Of a stretch of 64,000 bases of DNA, positions 37,331 through 47,121 are shown in pieces. Origin of the DNA: Candidatus Dormiibacterota bacterium. GTDB lineage: Bacteria > Chloroflexota > Dormibacteria > CF-121. Position 1 is the stretch's first letter, and each line of letters begins with the position of its first letter. The stretch covers positions 69,835 through 133,834 of the forward strand of contig DATEHI010000152.1 of assembly GCA_035279665.1 (NCBI GenBank), written 5' to 3'. The translations under genes were made by a program, and so were the position numbers. The notes under the pieces are model-generated. The model saw nothing but the letters and a program-made list of their open reading frames with translations. It was not told the origin of the DNA and made no database searches.

Positions 37331-38572
37331 TTAGGGAGTCGCAGACGGCTGCGCCTGGAAATTCCCCAGCGTGACTCCTACGGAAATATGTTGCCCATTG
37401 CGCGTCACCGAGAGGGTGACGTGATCGCCGACTTTCTTGGTATCGAGGTACTGGGTGAGTTGCTCGATCGTCGTGATCGGATGACCATCGATGGCGGTGA
37501 TCACATCGTCATTGGCCGAGGGCTGCCCATCCGCCTGCAGCCCGGCCGCCGCGGAAGGCCCACCCGGCACGACCTGGATGACCAGTACACCTGACGTCTC
37601 GCTCAGACCGAGTTGACCGGCGCTGCTCGCCGTCAGCGTCTGACCGCTGATGCCCAGCCACGGATGCTGGATGGCCACGCCCTTTTCGAGCGATGGCAGG
37701 AGGCTCGAGGCCCGGTTGATCGGGATGGCGAAGCCGACGCCGACGTTGCCTTCCACCGGGCTCTGGATCGAATCGTTGATGCCGATCAACTGGCCCTTGC
37801 CGTCGAGCAGCGCGCCACCGGAATTCCCTGGGTTGATCGGCGCATCGGTCTGGATCATGCCCGTGAGCGCCCGTCCGTTCGGCGCCGTGGTGCCGCGATT
37901 CAGTCCTGAGATGATACCGGCGGTGAACGAACCCTGCAGGCCAAATGGCGCGCCGATCGCGAGGGCGGTGTCGCCGACCTGCAGCGTGTCCGAGTTGGCA
38001 TTGGTCAGCGGATGAAGCTGATCCTGGGAGACCGAGACCAGGACGACCGCCAGGTCGGCGCTCTGGTCAACCCCCTTCACCTGGCCACTGATCGTCTGTC
38101 CATTGCTGAAGGTCACCCGAACCTGCGTTGCGCCGGCAACGACGTGAGCGTTGGTCAGAATGTCACCCTGCTTGTCGACCACGATGCCCGAGCCCTCCGC
38201 CTGCGAGAACGAGCGGGGACCCCCACCGGAGATGGACGTCGTGATGGTGACGACGCCGTCCTTGGTTTGCTGGTAGATGGCGGCGAAGGATCCAGGCACT
38301 GGGGCCGGGGCCGCCACTCCGGCGGCGACCGTGCCGCCAGTGCTCACGGGGTTGCTCGTGGGGGTGCGGTGGGCGGTGAGAATCGCGCCGATCGCCCCAC
38401 CAGCGATGCTGCCGACGACCAGCCCGGCGGCGAGCATGGCGGCTGCCATGCTGCGCGCCGGACGGTGGGGAAAGGAGGGAACGGGTTGAACGGGCTCCAC
38501 CGGCGCGACGGGCGTCGGCGGCTCAGGCGCGGCTGGGCCCTCGATGAACTCCGGCGCAAACGGATCCCGCAT
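37331..38572 (-). CDS. HtrA/DegP/PepD-type trypsin-like serine protease with PDZ domain
   Basis: TNAHVV (His), GNSGGAL (Ser), C-terminal PDZ, N-terminal TM. Confidence 0.9.
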   Translation of the reverse strand: MRDPFAPEFIEGPAAPEPPTPVAPVEPVQPVPSFPHRPARSMAAAMLAAGLVVGSIAGGAIGAILTAHRTPTSNPVSTGGTVAAGVAAPAPVPGSFAAIYQQTKDGVVTITTSISGGGPRSFSQAEGSGIVVDKQGDILTNAHVVAGATQVRVTFSNGQTISGQVKGVDQSADLAVVLVSVSQDQLHPLTNANSDTLQVGDTALAIGAPFGLQGSFTAGIISGLNRGTTAPNGRALTGMIQTDAPINPGNSGGALLDGKGQLIGINDSIQSPVEGNVGVGFAIPINRASSLLPSLEKGVAIQHPWLGISGQTLTASSAGQLGLSETSGVLVIQVVPGGPSAAAGLQADGQPSANDDVITAIDGHPITTIEQLTQYLDTKKVGDHVTLSVTRNGQHISVGVTLGNFQAQPSATP

Positions 38573-38640
38573 GTTCGAGACCCATGCTGCGCGCGAGCGA
38601 TGAGCCGCCCGTGAAAGTTGCCTAAGAGTTTATTAAGACT

Positions 38641-40152
38641 TCAGGCCGCGCACGGGAGCAGGACCGTAAAGGCGGCGCCGCCTTGCGGGTTGTTGGACGC
38701 AGAGATGCGGCCGCCGTGCTCCTGCGCGATCCAGCGCGCGATCGCCAGCCCGAGCCCAGTTCCCTCGCCCGCGCGCGAAGCGTCCGACTGGTAGAAGCGC
38801 TCGAAGACACGCTCCAGATCTTCCGAAGGGATACCCGCGCCGTCATCGAGCACCATGAGGCGTGCCGCCTTCTGGCCGTTATCTAGCCGCAGCTGAATCC
38901 TTCCCGAGTCACGCGTGTGCTTGAAGGCGTTGTCGATCAGGATCCACAGCAGCTGTTTAATCGCGTCGGCGTTGCCCTGGATCGGCACGGGCGTACCGCC
39001 CAGCAGCTCGATGCGCCGCAAGGGCTGGAGCGTCTGGGCCTGCCGGGTGACCTCCTGGATGATGGGGAGGAGATCGATCTGCGCCTTGTCGAGGTGATAG
39101 CCGGCGTCGGCCCGGGCCAGTGTCAGCAGGTCCTGCACCATGCGGCTCATGCGCTCGCTCTCGCCGGCAATGTCGTTGAGGGCGGCGAGGCGGTCATCCG
39201 CGGTAATGTCCTCTCGTTTCAGCAGCAGGCCAACATTCCCGCGGATGGTTGTCAACGGTGTGCGCAACTCATGCGACGCGTCCGCCACGAAGCGACGCTG
39301 GGCGACCAGCGCGGACTGGAGCCGGTGGTAGGCATCGTCGAGCTGACGCAGCATCTGGTTGAAGCTCCGCTGGAGCCGGCCCACCTCATCGTCCGGCGCG
39401 TTCTCGGGCAAACGGCGACTGAGGTCCTGTGTGCGACCGATGTCTTCCGCCGTGCTCGCCATCGCGTCGAGCTGCCGGAGGGCGCGGCCGGCCAGCCACC
39501 AGCTCGCGGCCCCGGCGGCGAGCAAGGTCAAGAATCCACCCGCAACGAGGAAGAGGCGTAGCCCGCTGAGCTCGCTCTCAATCCCGGATAGTGACTTCCC
39601 CACTACAAGGTACCCGGCCGCTCCCGCCTGAGTGGCGAGCTGGCGGACATAGACCCGCGTCAACGGGCCGTTATCGGCGCGGGCGTTGGTGATATTCCCG
39701 TGGTCGAACGGTGCTGACTGCAGCAGGTTGGCCGGCCAAATGGGATCCGCACCTTGGACCTTGCCGCGTGAGTAGACCTGTCCAGGACCGGTAAGAATGA
39801 TGTCCTCGAAGATTTCCGAGCTCGACGCGATGTCGATCGTCAGCGAAAACGGGCTTGGGCGGAAGCCCCGCGGCGACTCCAACTGCCGAAAGACCTCGTC
39901 GCCTCGACTCTTCAGAGCAGTGTCCTGCGCGGATACGAGGCTCCGTTCGACGAGCAAATAGACGAGTGAGCTGAAGGTCACGACCGCCAGCGCGACAACG
40001 CCGGCGCCGAAGAGCGCGATGCGCCCCCGAATGGGGATTTTCTGGCGGGCCCGAGTTCGCTCCTGGAGCCAGTTGGATAGCGCGCGAGGCGATCGTCGGA
40101 GAACGGACCAGCGTTCGGTGATCGGTGCGCGATCGCCGAGAGAGGGGTTCAT
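38641..40152 (-). CDS. sensor histidine kinase (MprB/CpxA-like: 2 TM, HAMP, HisKA, HATPase)
   Basis: H-box [25 protein letters not shown]-boxes. ATGA overlap with the regulator stop. Confidence 0.85.
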   Translation of the reverse strand: MNPSLGDRAPITERWSVLRRSPRALSNWLQERTRARQKIPIRGRIALFGAGVVALAVVTFSSLVYLLVERSLVSAQDTALKSRGDEVFRQLESPRGFRPSPFSLTIDIASSSEIFEDIILTGPGQVYSRGKVQGADPIWPANLLQSAPFDHGNITNARADNGPLTRVYVRQLATQAGAAGYLVVGKSLSGIESELSGLRLFLVAGGFLTLLAAGAASWWLAGRALRQLDAMASTAEDIGRTQDLSRRLPENAPDDEVGRLQRSFNQMLRQLDDAYHRLQSALVAQRRFVADASHELRTPLTTIRGNVGLLLKREDITADDRLAALNDIAGESERMSRMVQDLLTLARADAGYHLDKAQIDLLPIIQEVTRQAQTLQPLRRIELLGGTPVPIQGNADAIKQLLWILIDNAFKHTRDSGRIQLRLDNGQKAARLMVLDDGAGIPSEDLERVFERFYQSDASRAGEGTGLGLAIARWIAQEHGGRISASNNPQGGAAFTVLLPCAA

Positions 40153-40829
40153 TCCTCCTTCAATATGTACCCAACGCCACGGACGGTCTGCAGCAGGCGT
40201 GGCCGGCCCCCTTGCTCGAGCTTCTGCCGGAGATAGCCGACGTACACGTCGACCACGTTACTACTCGCCCCAAAATCGAAGCCCCAGACCGCATCGAGGA
40301 GCTGCTCCCGGCGCAGCACCTGCCCGGGATTGCGCATGAAGTGCTGCAGGAGGTCGAATTCCTTGGCCGTGGTCGAGATGAGCTGGTCCGCGCGGCGAAC
40401 TTCGCGGGTCGCCATGTCCATGGTGACATCGGCGTACCGCAAGGTTCGCCGGGCGCGCGGCGCGCGGCGTCGAAGCAGCGCCCGGACCCGCGCCAGCAGC
40501 TCCTCGTAGGCGAAGGGCTTGACGAGATAGTCGTCCGCCCCGCTGTCGAGTCCCTTGACCCGGTCGGCGGTCCCATCTTTCGCGGTCAGGAGGAGGATGG
40601 GGACATCGCCCTCTGCCCGAAGGCGACGCGTGACCTCGAGCCCATCGATGCCAGGCATCATGATGTCCAGGATGGCGAGGTCGGGCATGCGTTCGCGGGC
40701 GCGGTTGAGGGCGATCTGCCCATCCGGAGCAACCTCGACCTGGTATCCCTCGTAGATGAGGGCTCGGCGCAACGCTGCGGCAATCTTCGCGTCATCGTCG
40801 ACCACCAGGACATGTGGCTGCTCGGCCAT
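40149..40829 (-). CDS. OmpR-family response regulator (MprA-like)
   Basis: VLVVDDD...[14 protein letters not shown]...LLTAK receiver, with a winged helix at the C-terminus. Confidence 0.9.
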   Translation of the reverse strand: MAEQPHVLVVDDDAKIAAALRRALIYEGYQVEVAPDGQIALNRARERMPDLAILDIMMPGIDGLEVTRRLRAEGDVPILLLTAKDGTADRVKGLDSGADDYLVKPFAYEELLARVRALLRRRAPRARRTLRYADVTMDMATREVRRADQLISTTAKEFDLLQHFMRNPGQVLRREQLLDAVWGFDFGASSNVVDVYVGYLRQKLEQGGRPRLLQTVRGVGYILKEE

Positions 40830-40887
40830 GCTCGACTATCTAAGCAGGCTCACATGAGAGTGATATAAGAGAAGCCTAAAGATTTCG

Positions 40888-42414
40888 TCAGTGGCCGGCG
40901 AACATCGTCACAAACATGGTGATCGCCGCCACCGCCATGAAGATGGTGGCAATCCCGGTCAATGCCAGGCTGAGCTTGCCGCTCACGTAGCGCCTCATCA
41001 CAGCGGCGTCCGCCCCCAGCAGCACGATCAGGAGCAGCAGCGGTGGAGCCACCACGCCGTTGATGACGGCCGAGATGAAGAGGGCGCGGATCGGGTCGAG
41101 GTGCATGAAGTTCATCACCACTCCCGCAGCGGTTGCGAGCGTGAGGATGAGGTAAAAGGTTGGTCGATGCTGTGGCTTGCTGGCCAGGCTCCCGGGTAGC
41201 CCGAGGAACTCCTTGATCGCGTAGGTGGCGGAGCCGGTGAGAATCGGAATCGCGAGCAGGCCGGCGCCGATGAGCCCGACTGAGAAGACGATGAAGGCGA
41301 ACGGTCCGGCAATCGGCGCCAGCGCCGCGGCGGCCTGGTCTGCCGTCTGGACATCCGTCTTGCCATGCGCGTGCAGCACCGCCGCGGAGGTGAGGATGAT
41401 GAAGTACATCACGAGGTTGGAAAAGGCCATGCCGATCATGACGTCGGCTCTCGCGGCGCGGAGCTCGCCGCGCTTCAGCCCCCGACGGCCGGCCTGGGGG
41501 TTGGTGGCACCGGCGGCCGCCAGTTCGTCGACCTCAGAGGATGCCTGCCAGAAGAAGAGGTACGGCGAGATGGTGGTGCCGAGAACGGCCACCAGCGCCA
41601 TGATGAACTCTTTCGAGAGCTCGATGTGGGGAATGACGGTCGCCTTGAACACGTCGAGCAGTGGCGGATGGGCGAAGAAGGCGGTGATGACGTAGGCGAA
41701 CAACGCCAGCGTCAACCACTTGAAGATCTTGAAGATGGTGGCGTAGGTGGCGAAGACCTGGAGGGAGATGATCACTAGGGCCACCGGGACGACCAGCCAC
41801 ACCGCCTGCAGTGCACCGCGCGAGAGCAGCGACCCTCCTGCCGCCACCGCCCCGAGGTCGGCGCCCACGTTGAACGTGTTGGCGGCGACCAGCCCCATGA
41901 TGGCGAGGCCCACCACCAACCGGGGGAATTTGCGCTGGAGGCTCGCCCCCAACCCGACTCCCGTCTGCAGGGCGATTCGAGCGCACAGCTCCTGGACTGC
42001 GCTCATCAGTGGAAAGGTGAAGAGCGCCAGCCAGAGGAGGCCGTAGCCGAACTGGCTCCCGACCTGGGAGTAGGTCCCGATGCCGCTGGGGTCGTCGTCG
42101 CTGGCGCCGGTGATCAGGCCCGGGCCGAGCAGTTGCAAGATGCCGGCGGGCCCCTTTCGCTTCGCCTCGTCGAGGGTCGTCCGGCCTGCGGTCGGGCCGC
42201 CAGTGGCCGCAAGATCCGATCTCTTTTCGCCGTCGGCGACCTCCCCGGCCGGTTGCGCTTCGGGTTTGACCAGGGCGAGGATCGGATCCGGGTTCGGCTC
42301 GGGCGTTGCAGCTACCAAGGTGATAGTCACGATATCATGTTTAGGGGCGGGCGGATCTGGACCCGGCATACTGGGAGGGCCATAACCGGGCGGGAGCCTC
42401 GGCCGTTGTAACAA
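40888..42414 (-). CDS. NRAMP-family divalent metal transporter with ~95-aa Pro-rich N-terminal extension (start uncertain)
   Basis: GPGLITGASDDDPSGIGTYSQVGSQFGYGLLW and about 11 TM helices. Confidence 0.8.
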   Translation of the reverse strand: MLQRPRLPPGYGPPSMPGPDPPAPKHDIVTITLVAATPEPNPDPILALVKPEAQPAGEVADGEKRSDLAATGGPTAGRTTLDEAKRKGPAGILQLLGPGLITGASDDDPSGIGTYSQVGSQFGYGLLWLALFTFPLMSAVQELCARIALQTGVGLGASLQRKFPRLVVGLAIMGLVAANTFNVGADLGAVAAGGSLLSRGALQAVWLVVPVALVIISLQVFATYATIFKIFKWLTLALFAYVITAFFAHPPLLDVFKATVIPHIELSKEFIMALVAVLGTTISPYLFFWQASSEVDELAAAGATNPQAGRRGLKRGELRAARADVMIGMAFSNLVMYFIILTSAAVLHAHGKTDVQTADQAAAALAPIAGPFAFIVFSVGLIGAGLLAIPILTGSATYAIKEFLGLPGSLASKPQHRPTFYLILTLATAAGVVMNFMHLDPIRALFISAVINGVVAPPLLLLIVLLGADAAVMRRYVSGKLSLALTGIATIFMAVAAITMFVTMFAGH

Positions 42415-42466
42415 CCGGCTGCAGGGTCTGGCCAGCTGATACCGTCACTGATAGGATGAGACAAGA

Positions 42467-43258
42467 ATGTCACAGGGAGTGATCAAAATTGCGCTGGCGA
42501 TGGCATTCGCCGCGCTGCTGCCGTCGTGTTTCGGCGCCCAGGTGAATACCCGGCCCGTCGGGCCGGTTGCACTCGCCTACAACTTCGCCAAGCCGACGGC
42601 CGCGCCAACCGAGACACCGTCGCCGCAGGCCTCCGTGACCGTCGGCCAGGTCGCCCAGACCCAGGGCTCCGTCCAGGTTCGCGGCTTTCACGAGCCGCCG
42701 GACTGGGCCCACCGCAACTATTGTGGCGCCGGTGCGACGCAGGTCCTCCTTTCCGCCTGGATGACTGACGTCCCGGACATCGAGACCGTCGCCAGGGCGT
42801 CCAAGTTAAATCCGAACAGTGGTGAATTCGGCGCCAACGCCACCACCGCCATCGATGCCTTTCTCAACCCGGTCGTGCTCCCCGCCCTGGGCCAGCCCCG
42901 CTACAAGGCCGAGCACGTGACCACCCTCGACGAGGTCAAGGCCAGGATCCAGCGCGACATCGTCGATCAGCAGGCCATCATGACCTTCGGCCATGGTGTG
43001 CCGGCGATGGTGCAAACGATGACCAGGACGATGCCCGGGTGGAATCACTGGAACGCCACCCACATGATCACGATTTTCGCCTTCGACTTCAGTCACGACG
43101 ATCCGGCGCTGGACAGCGTGACGTACGCTGAGACGCCCTCGCCGCTAGCCGGGTACCGCGGTCCCGACTTCCAGACGATCTCCGTCAAGGCCCTCTGGGT
43201 GGCGATGCAGGCGTACCTGCGCGAGTTTCCGCAGGACCCGATGAACGTCATCAGCTAG
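42467..43258 (+). CDS. secreted putative papain-fold cysteine peptidase (C39-like)
   Basis: Signal peptide. NYCGAGATQVLL (candidate Cys nucleophile) and ATHMITIFAFD (candidate His). Assignment is by motif only. Confidence 0.4.
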   Translation: MSQGVIKIALAMAFAALLPSCFGAQVNTRPVGPVALAYNFAKPTAAPTETPSPQASVTVGQVAQTQGSVQVRGFHEPPDWAHRNYCGAGATQVLLSAWMTDVPDIETVARASKLNPNSGEFGANATTAIDAFLNPVVLPALGQPRYKAEHVTTLDEVKARIQRDIVDQQAIMTFGHGVPAMVQTMTRTMPGWNHWNATHMITIFAFDFSHDDPALDSVTYAETPSPLAGYRGPDFQTISVKALWVAMQAYLREFPQDPMNVIS

Positions 43259-43289
43259 GTTCGCCCCACTCGCTCCGCATAATGGAGCC

Positions 43290-43883
43290 ATGGCACGGGC
43301 GGCTGATCAACCGAGTGACGTAGTTTCGATGGAGGCGCTCGTTCGCCATCAACTCCTCCTGCTCGGCGAGGACCCCTCCCGCGAAGGGCTTCGCGATACG
43401 CCCGAACGGGTGAAGGAAAGCCTCGAGTTCTTGACCCGCGGCTATCGCATGACCCTGGAGGACGTCTTCGGCGGCGCCACCTTCACCGAGGCCTACAAGG
43501 ACATGGTCGTCGTCAAGGACATCGAAATGTACTCGCTCTGCGAGCATCACTTACTGCCGTTCTTCGGACAGGTGCATATCGGATACATCCCTAAGGGCCG
43601 CCTGGTCGGGCTGAGCAAGCTGCCCCGGCTGGTCGAGCTGTACAGCCGGCGGCTGCAGGTTCAGGAGCGAATGACGCGTCAGATCGCGGAGTGCCTGCAG
43701 AAATACCTGGAGCCGGTCGGGGTGGGCGTCGTCGTCGAAGCCGATCACCTGTGCATGAAGATGCGCGGCGTCGAGAAGCAGAACAGCCGGGTCTTCACCA
43801 GCTGCGTGTTGGGCATCTTCCAGGCGGACTCAAAGACGCGCGCCGAGTTCATGGGCCTGATCAAAAGCGTCCCAAAGATTTAG
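43290..43883 (+). CDS. folE: GTP cyclohydrolase I
   Basis: REGLRDTPERV, SLCEHHLLPFFG, LQVQERMT signatures. Confidence 0.95.
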   Translation: MARAADQPSDVVSMEALVRHQLLLLGEDPSREGLRDTPERVKESLEFLTRGYRMTLEDVFGGATFTEAYKDMVVVKDIEMYSLCEHHLLPFFGQVHIGYIPKGRLVGLSKLPRLVELYSRRLQVQERMTRQIAECLQKYLEPVGVGVVVEADHLCMKMRGVEKQNSRVFTSCVLGIFQADSKTRAEFMGLIKSVPKI

Positions 43884-43893
43884 TCCTCGGGAC

Positions 43894-44622
43894 GTGGCCG
43901 AGTTCTTCGTCGGCACGTCGGGATTTTCCTACTCGGGATGGCGAGGGCGGTTCTATCCGCGACGCATCAAGTCGACCGACATGCTCGGCTACTACGCCCA
44001 GCAGCTCGGGACGGTCGAGGTCAACACCACCTTCTACCGGACGCAGCCGGCAGACGTCATCGCCGGCTGGGTGTCGAGCGTGCCGCCCCCCTTCCGCTTC
44101 GCGGTGAAGGCACACCGGCGCATCACGCACAACCGGCGCATGCCGAACCTCGAGCAGGCGGTTGCGCTCCTGGCCGAGGAGGCGGGCGCCTTCGGCGATC
44201 GGCTGGGACCGGTCCTCTTTCAACTGCCGCCGACGGCGCCCTTCGATGAGGGCCGGATCGAGCGGATCCTCGCGCTACTTCCGCCTCACTGGCGCGTCGC
44301 CTTTCAGTTCCGCCATCGGTCCTGGCACATGCCGGAGGTCGCCGCGCTGCTCGAAGGCGTCGGGGCGTCGCTCGTCCACGGCGACGGCGAGGAGGAGCCG
44401 GGGCTACTGGGCCGGGGCGCCTTCATCTACCTTCGGTTGCGGCGGGAAACCTACTCCCCCCAGCGGATGACCGCCTGGGTGCGTCGGATTGCCGGGTACC
44501 TGGAGGGTGGGCGCGACGTGTATGCCTATTTCAAGCACGAGGCGCTGGGTCCGCTCTACGCGCAGCGGCTGGATGCGGCCGTCCGAACATCTTTTCGATC
44601 TCCTGGCGGCGCGGCGGTATAA
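43894..44622 (+). CDS. DUF72 (UPF0759) family protein
   Basis: GTG start. FVGTSGFSYSGWRGRFYP... and EVNTTFY typical of DUF72. Confidence 0.8.
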   Translation: MAEFFVGTSGFSYSGWRGRFYPRRIKSTDMLGYYAQQLGTVEVNTTFYRTQPADVIAGWVSSVPPPFRFAVKAHRRITHNRRMPNLEQAVALLAEEAGAFGDRLGPVLFQLPPTAPFDEGRIERILALLPPHWRVAFQFRHRSWHMPEVAALLEGVGASLVHGDGEEEPGLLGRGAFIYLRLRRETYSPQRMTAWVRRIAGYLEGGRDVYAYFKHEALGPLYAQRLDAAVRTSFRSPGGAAV

Positions 44623-44655
44623 TCCGGGCAACTCAGCGAAAAGGAGACCTCAGCT

Positions 44656-45537
44656 ATGGCCCGGTCCATGTGGCGGGGCGCGATCAGCTTCGGGATGGTG
44701 GCGATCCCGGTCCGCATGTACCTCGCCACCGAGGCACACAGCGCCGTGTCGTTCCGCCAGTTGTGCCCCCATTGCCAGCTCCCCATCAAGCAGCAGCGGC
44801 ATTGTCCGACCGATGACCACGTGGTCGCCTTCAACGAGGTGCTCAAGGGTTACGAGGTCGGAAAGAACCAGTTCGTCCTGATCGACGAGGAAGATCTGGA
44901 CAAGCTGCCCCTCAAGACCACGAGGACGATCGACATCGTCGAGTTCGTCGAGCGCAACGAGGTGCCGCTCGGACTGTACATCAAATCCGCGTACTATCTG
45001 GAGCCCGAAGACGTCGGGGTCAAGCCCTTCTACCTCCTCAAGCGCGCCCTCGAGGACACGAACAAGGTCGCCGTCGCCAAAATTGCGCTGCGCGACCGCG
45101 AGCATCTGTCGTTGATCCAGGTCGAGGGCAACACGCTGCTTTGCAACACGCTGAACTGGCCCGACGAGATTCGGTCAACGCAAGAGCTGAACCTTCCCCA
45201 GAACGTCAAGATCAGCGACAAGGAGGTCAAGATGGCGACCTCCCTGATCGACAATCTGACGGACACGTTCCAGCCGGAGCGCTACACCGATGATTACAAG
45301 GCTGCCTTCCAGCAGATCGTCGATCAAAAGATGAAGGGTCTCAAGGTGACGGCCCCGGTCGCCGCGCAGGAGCCGCGCGTCATGGACCTGATGGCCGCGC
45401 TCAAGGCCTCGGTGGAGGCGACCAAACAGGGGAAGAAGAAGCCGGCGGAGAAGCCCGCGGCGAGTCGCGCGGCCAGGGTCAAGGTCGCCGCAAAAACGTC
45501 GGCGACCCGTCCGGCCGCCAAACGTCGCACGGCCTGA
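44656..45537 (+). CDS. ku: Ku protein (bacterial NHEJ end-binding)
   Basis: AAGGAG RBS. MWRGAISFGMVAIPVRMY N-terminus and Lys/Ala-rich basic C-tail. Confidence 0.9.
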   Translation: MARSMWRGAISFGMVAIPVRMYLATEAHSAVSFRQLCPHCQLPIKQQRHCPTDDHVVAFNEVLKGYEVGKNQFVLIDEEDLDKLPLKTTRTIDIVEFVERNEVPLGLYIKSAYYLEPEDVGVKPFYLLKRALEDTNKVAVAKIALRDREHLSLIQVEGNTLLCNTLNWPDEIRSTQELNLPQNVKISDKEVKMATSLIDNLTDTFQPERYTDDYKAAFQQIVDQKMKGLKVTAPVAAQEPRVMDLMAALKASVEATKQGKKKPAEKPAASRAARVKVAAKTSATRPAAKRRTA

Positions 45538-45561
45538 TCCGGCGTAGTACAGTCCGCTAAA

Positions 45562-46620
45562 GTGCCGGCGCGGTCCCCAACGGTTGAGCTCGACCTGCCT
45601 TTCCAACGCGCGTTGCCGGATCGGCTGCGTCCGATGCTCCCGATGCCAGCCGCCGGGCCGTTCGATTCTCAGGAGTACGCGTTCGAGGTCGCCTGGGAGG
45701 GTGTGCGAGCGCTGGCCTCCATCGACGGCGGACAGGTTCGCCTCTGGGGCCGCGACCTTCGCGACCTCACCGCTCGCTACCCGGAGGTCCAGGCGCTCGC
45801 GGCGTTGGGCCCTCCGGAAACGATCGTCGACGGTGAGTTGATCGTGACCGATGAGGACGGCCGGCCCGACAGTGTGGCACTCGAGGCGCGTCAGCAGGCG
45901 GTGCGTCCGGAGGCCATCGCCCGAGCGGCCGCCGCGCATCCGGCCACCTATGTCGTCTACGACGTGCTCTACATGCGCGGCAAGTCGTTGATGAAAGAGC
46001 CGCTGGTCAGGCGTCGACCGAAGGTGCACCAGTCGATCGCCTCGAAGGGACGCATCTACGTCGTCGAACCGGTTGCCGAGGACGGCCTGGCCTTTTTCGA
46101 AGCGGCCAAAGAGAACGGCCTTGGAGGCGTTGTCGCAAAGCGGTTCGACAGCCCGTACCGAGTGGGCCAGCGCCACCCGGACTGGCTGCTGATCGAGGCG
46201 GTGCGCCGTCAGGATTTTGCCGTCACCGGCTTCATTCCGCAGGCCGGCGACCACATGCTCGAGGCGCTCATCGTCGCGACCTACGACGGTCGGCACTTTC
46301 AGCCGGCGGGACGGGTCGTGGGGGGCTTCGACGCGGCGGCCTCGAGGCGCATGCGCAAGGCGCTCGATGCCCTGCCCAGCGCGTCGCCGCCGGAGGACGC
46401 CCGCTGGTCGGACGATCGGATCTGCTGGATCGAGCCACGCATCGTCGTGGCTGTCAAGTTCAGCGAGTGGGATGGAAACGGCCAGCTGCGTTTCCCGATC
46501 TTCAGCGGCTTGCAGCCGGAGGTCTCGCCGCAGGAGTGCGTCCGCACCGCGATGGTCGATCCGCCGGAGCCGGCCCGGCCGCGCCGGGTCGACATCCAGC
46601 TGCCGCGCCTGCTCATTTGA
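45562..46620 (+). CDS. LigD-ligase-domain-like protein lacking the motif I lysine (predicted pseudo-ligase)
   Basis: GTG start. Collinear with ATP-dependent ligase motifs, but motif I is EVAWEG instead of ExKxDG, motif IV is GGVVAK, and motif V is DWLLIEA instead of WxKxK. Confidence 0.75.
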   Translation: MPARSPTVELDLPFQRALPDRLRPMLPMPAAGPFDSQEYAFEVAWEGVRALASIDGGQVRLWGRDLRDLTARYPEVQALAALGPPETIVDGELIVTDEDGRPDSVALEARQQAVRPEAIARAAAAHPATYVVYDVLYMRGKSLMKEPLVRRRPKVHQSIASKGRIYVVEPVAEDGLAFFEAAKENGLGGVVAKRFDSPYRVGQRHPDWLLIEAVRRQDFAVTGFIPQAGDHMLEALIVATYDGRHFQPAGRVVGGFDAAASRRMRKALDALPSASPPEDARWSDDRICWIEPRIVVAVKFSEWDGNGQLRFPIFSGLQPEVSPQECVRTAMVDPPEPARPRRVDIQLPRLLI

Positions 46621-46632
46621 GACAGTAGGGAC

Positions 46633-47121
46633 GTGACGATCGCCGACCGGGTCGCCGTGCGCCTGCGCGTCAACGGTGAAGATATGGCGGTCATGGTGCC
46701 GCCCTACAAGACACTGCTCGAAGTCCTGCGCGAAGACCTGGGACTGACCGGCACCAAGCACGGCTGCGAGCTGGGCGAATGCTCCACCTGCGGCGTCCTC
46801 GTCGACGGCCGGCCGTATCTCTCCTGCCTGGCGATGCCGCTCGATCTCGAGGGTCGCGAGATCACCACCGTGGAAGGCATGGCGAACGGCGGCGAGCCGC
46901 ATCCGCTCCAGGTGGCCTTCGCCGAGCTTGGCGCCGCGCAGTGTGGCTACTGCACACCGGCCATGCTGCTCACCGCCATGGCGCTGCTCGATCGTGATCC
47001 GCAGCCGACACGCGACGCGATCAAGGAAGCGCTCGCCGGCGTGCTCTGCCGCTGCACCGGCTACCTGAAGATCTTCGAAGCCGTGGAACTGGCCGCTTCG
47101 AGACCGAAGCGCCGTGACTGA
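46633..47121 (+). CDS. [2Fe-2S]-binding small subunit of a xanthine dehydrogenase-family molybdoenzyme (HcrC/CoxS-like)
   Basis: GCELGECSTCGV and QCGYCTPAML...CRCTGY cluster motifs. GTG start. Confidence 0.9.
   Translation: MTIADRVAVRLRVNGEDMAVMVPPYKTLLEVLREDLGLTGTKHGCELGECSTCGVLVDGRPYLSCLAMPLDLEGREITTVEGMANGGEPHPLQVAFAELGAAQCGYCTPAMLLTAMALLDRDPQPTRDAIKEALAGVLCRCTGYLKIFEAVELAASRPKRRD

Noticed and set aside
40830-40887. Promoter for the MprA-like regulator (CTGACG-17-TTATAT on the minus strand).
   Set aside because: It is plausible because the stretch is AT-rich, but both hexamers match consensus poorly and several alternative registers exist. I did not list it as a feature.
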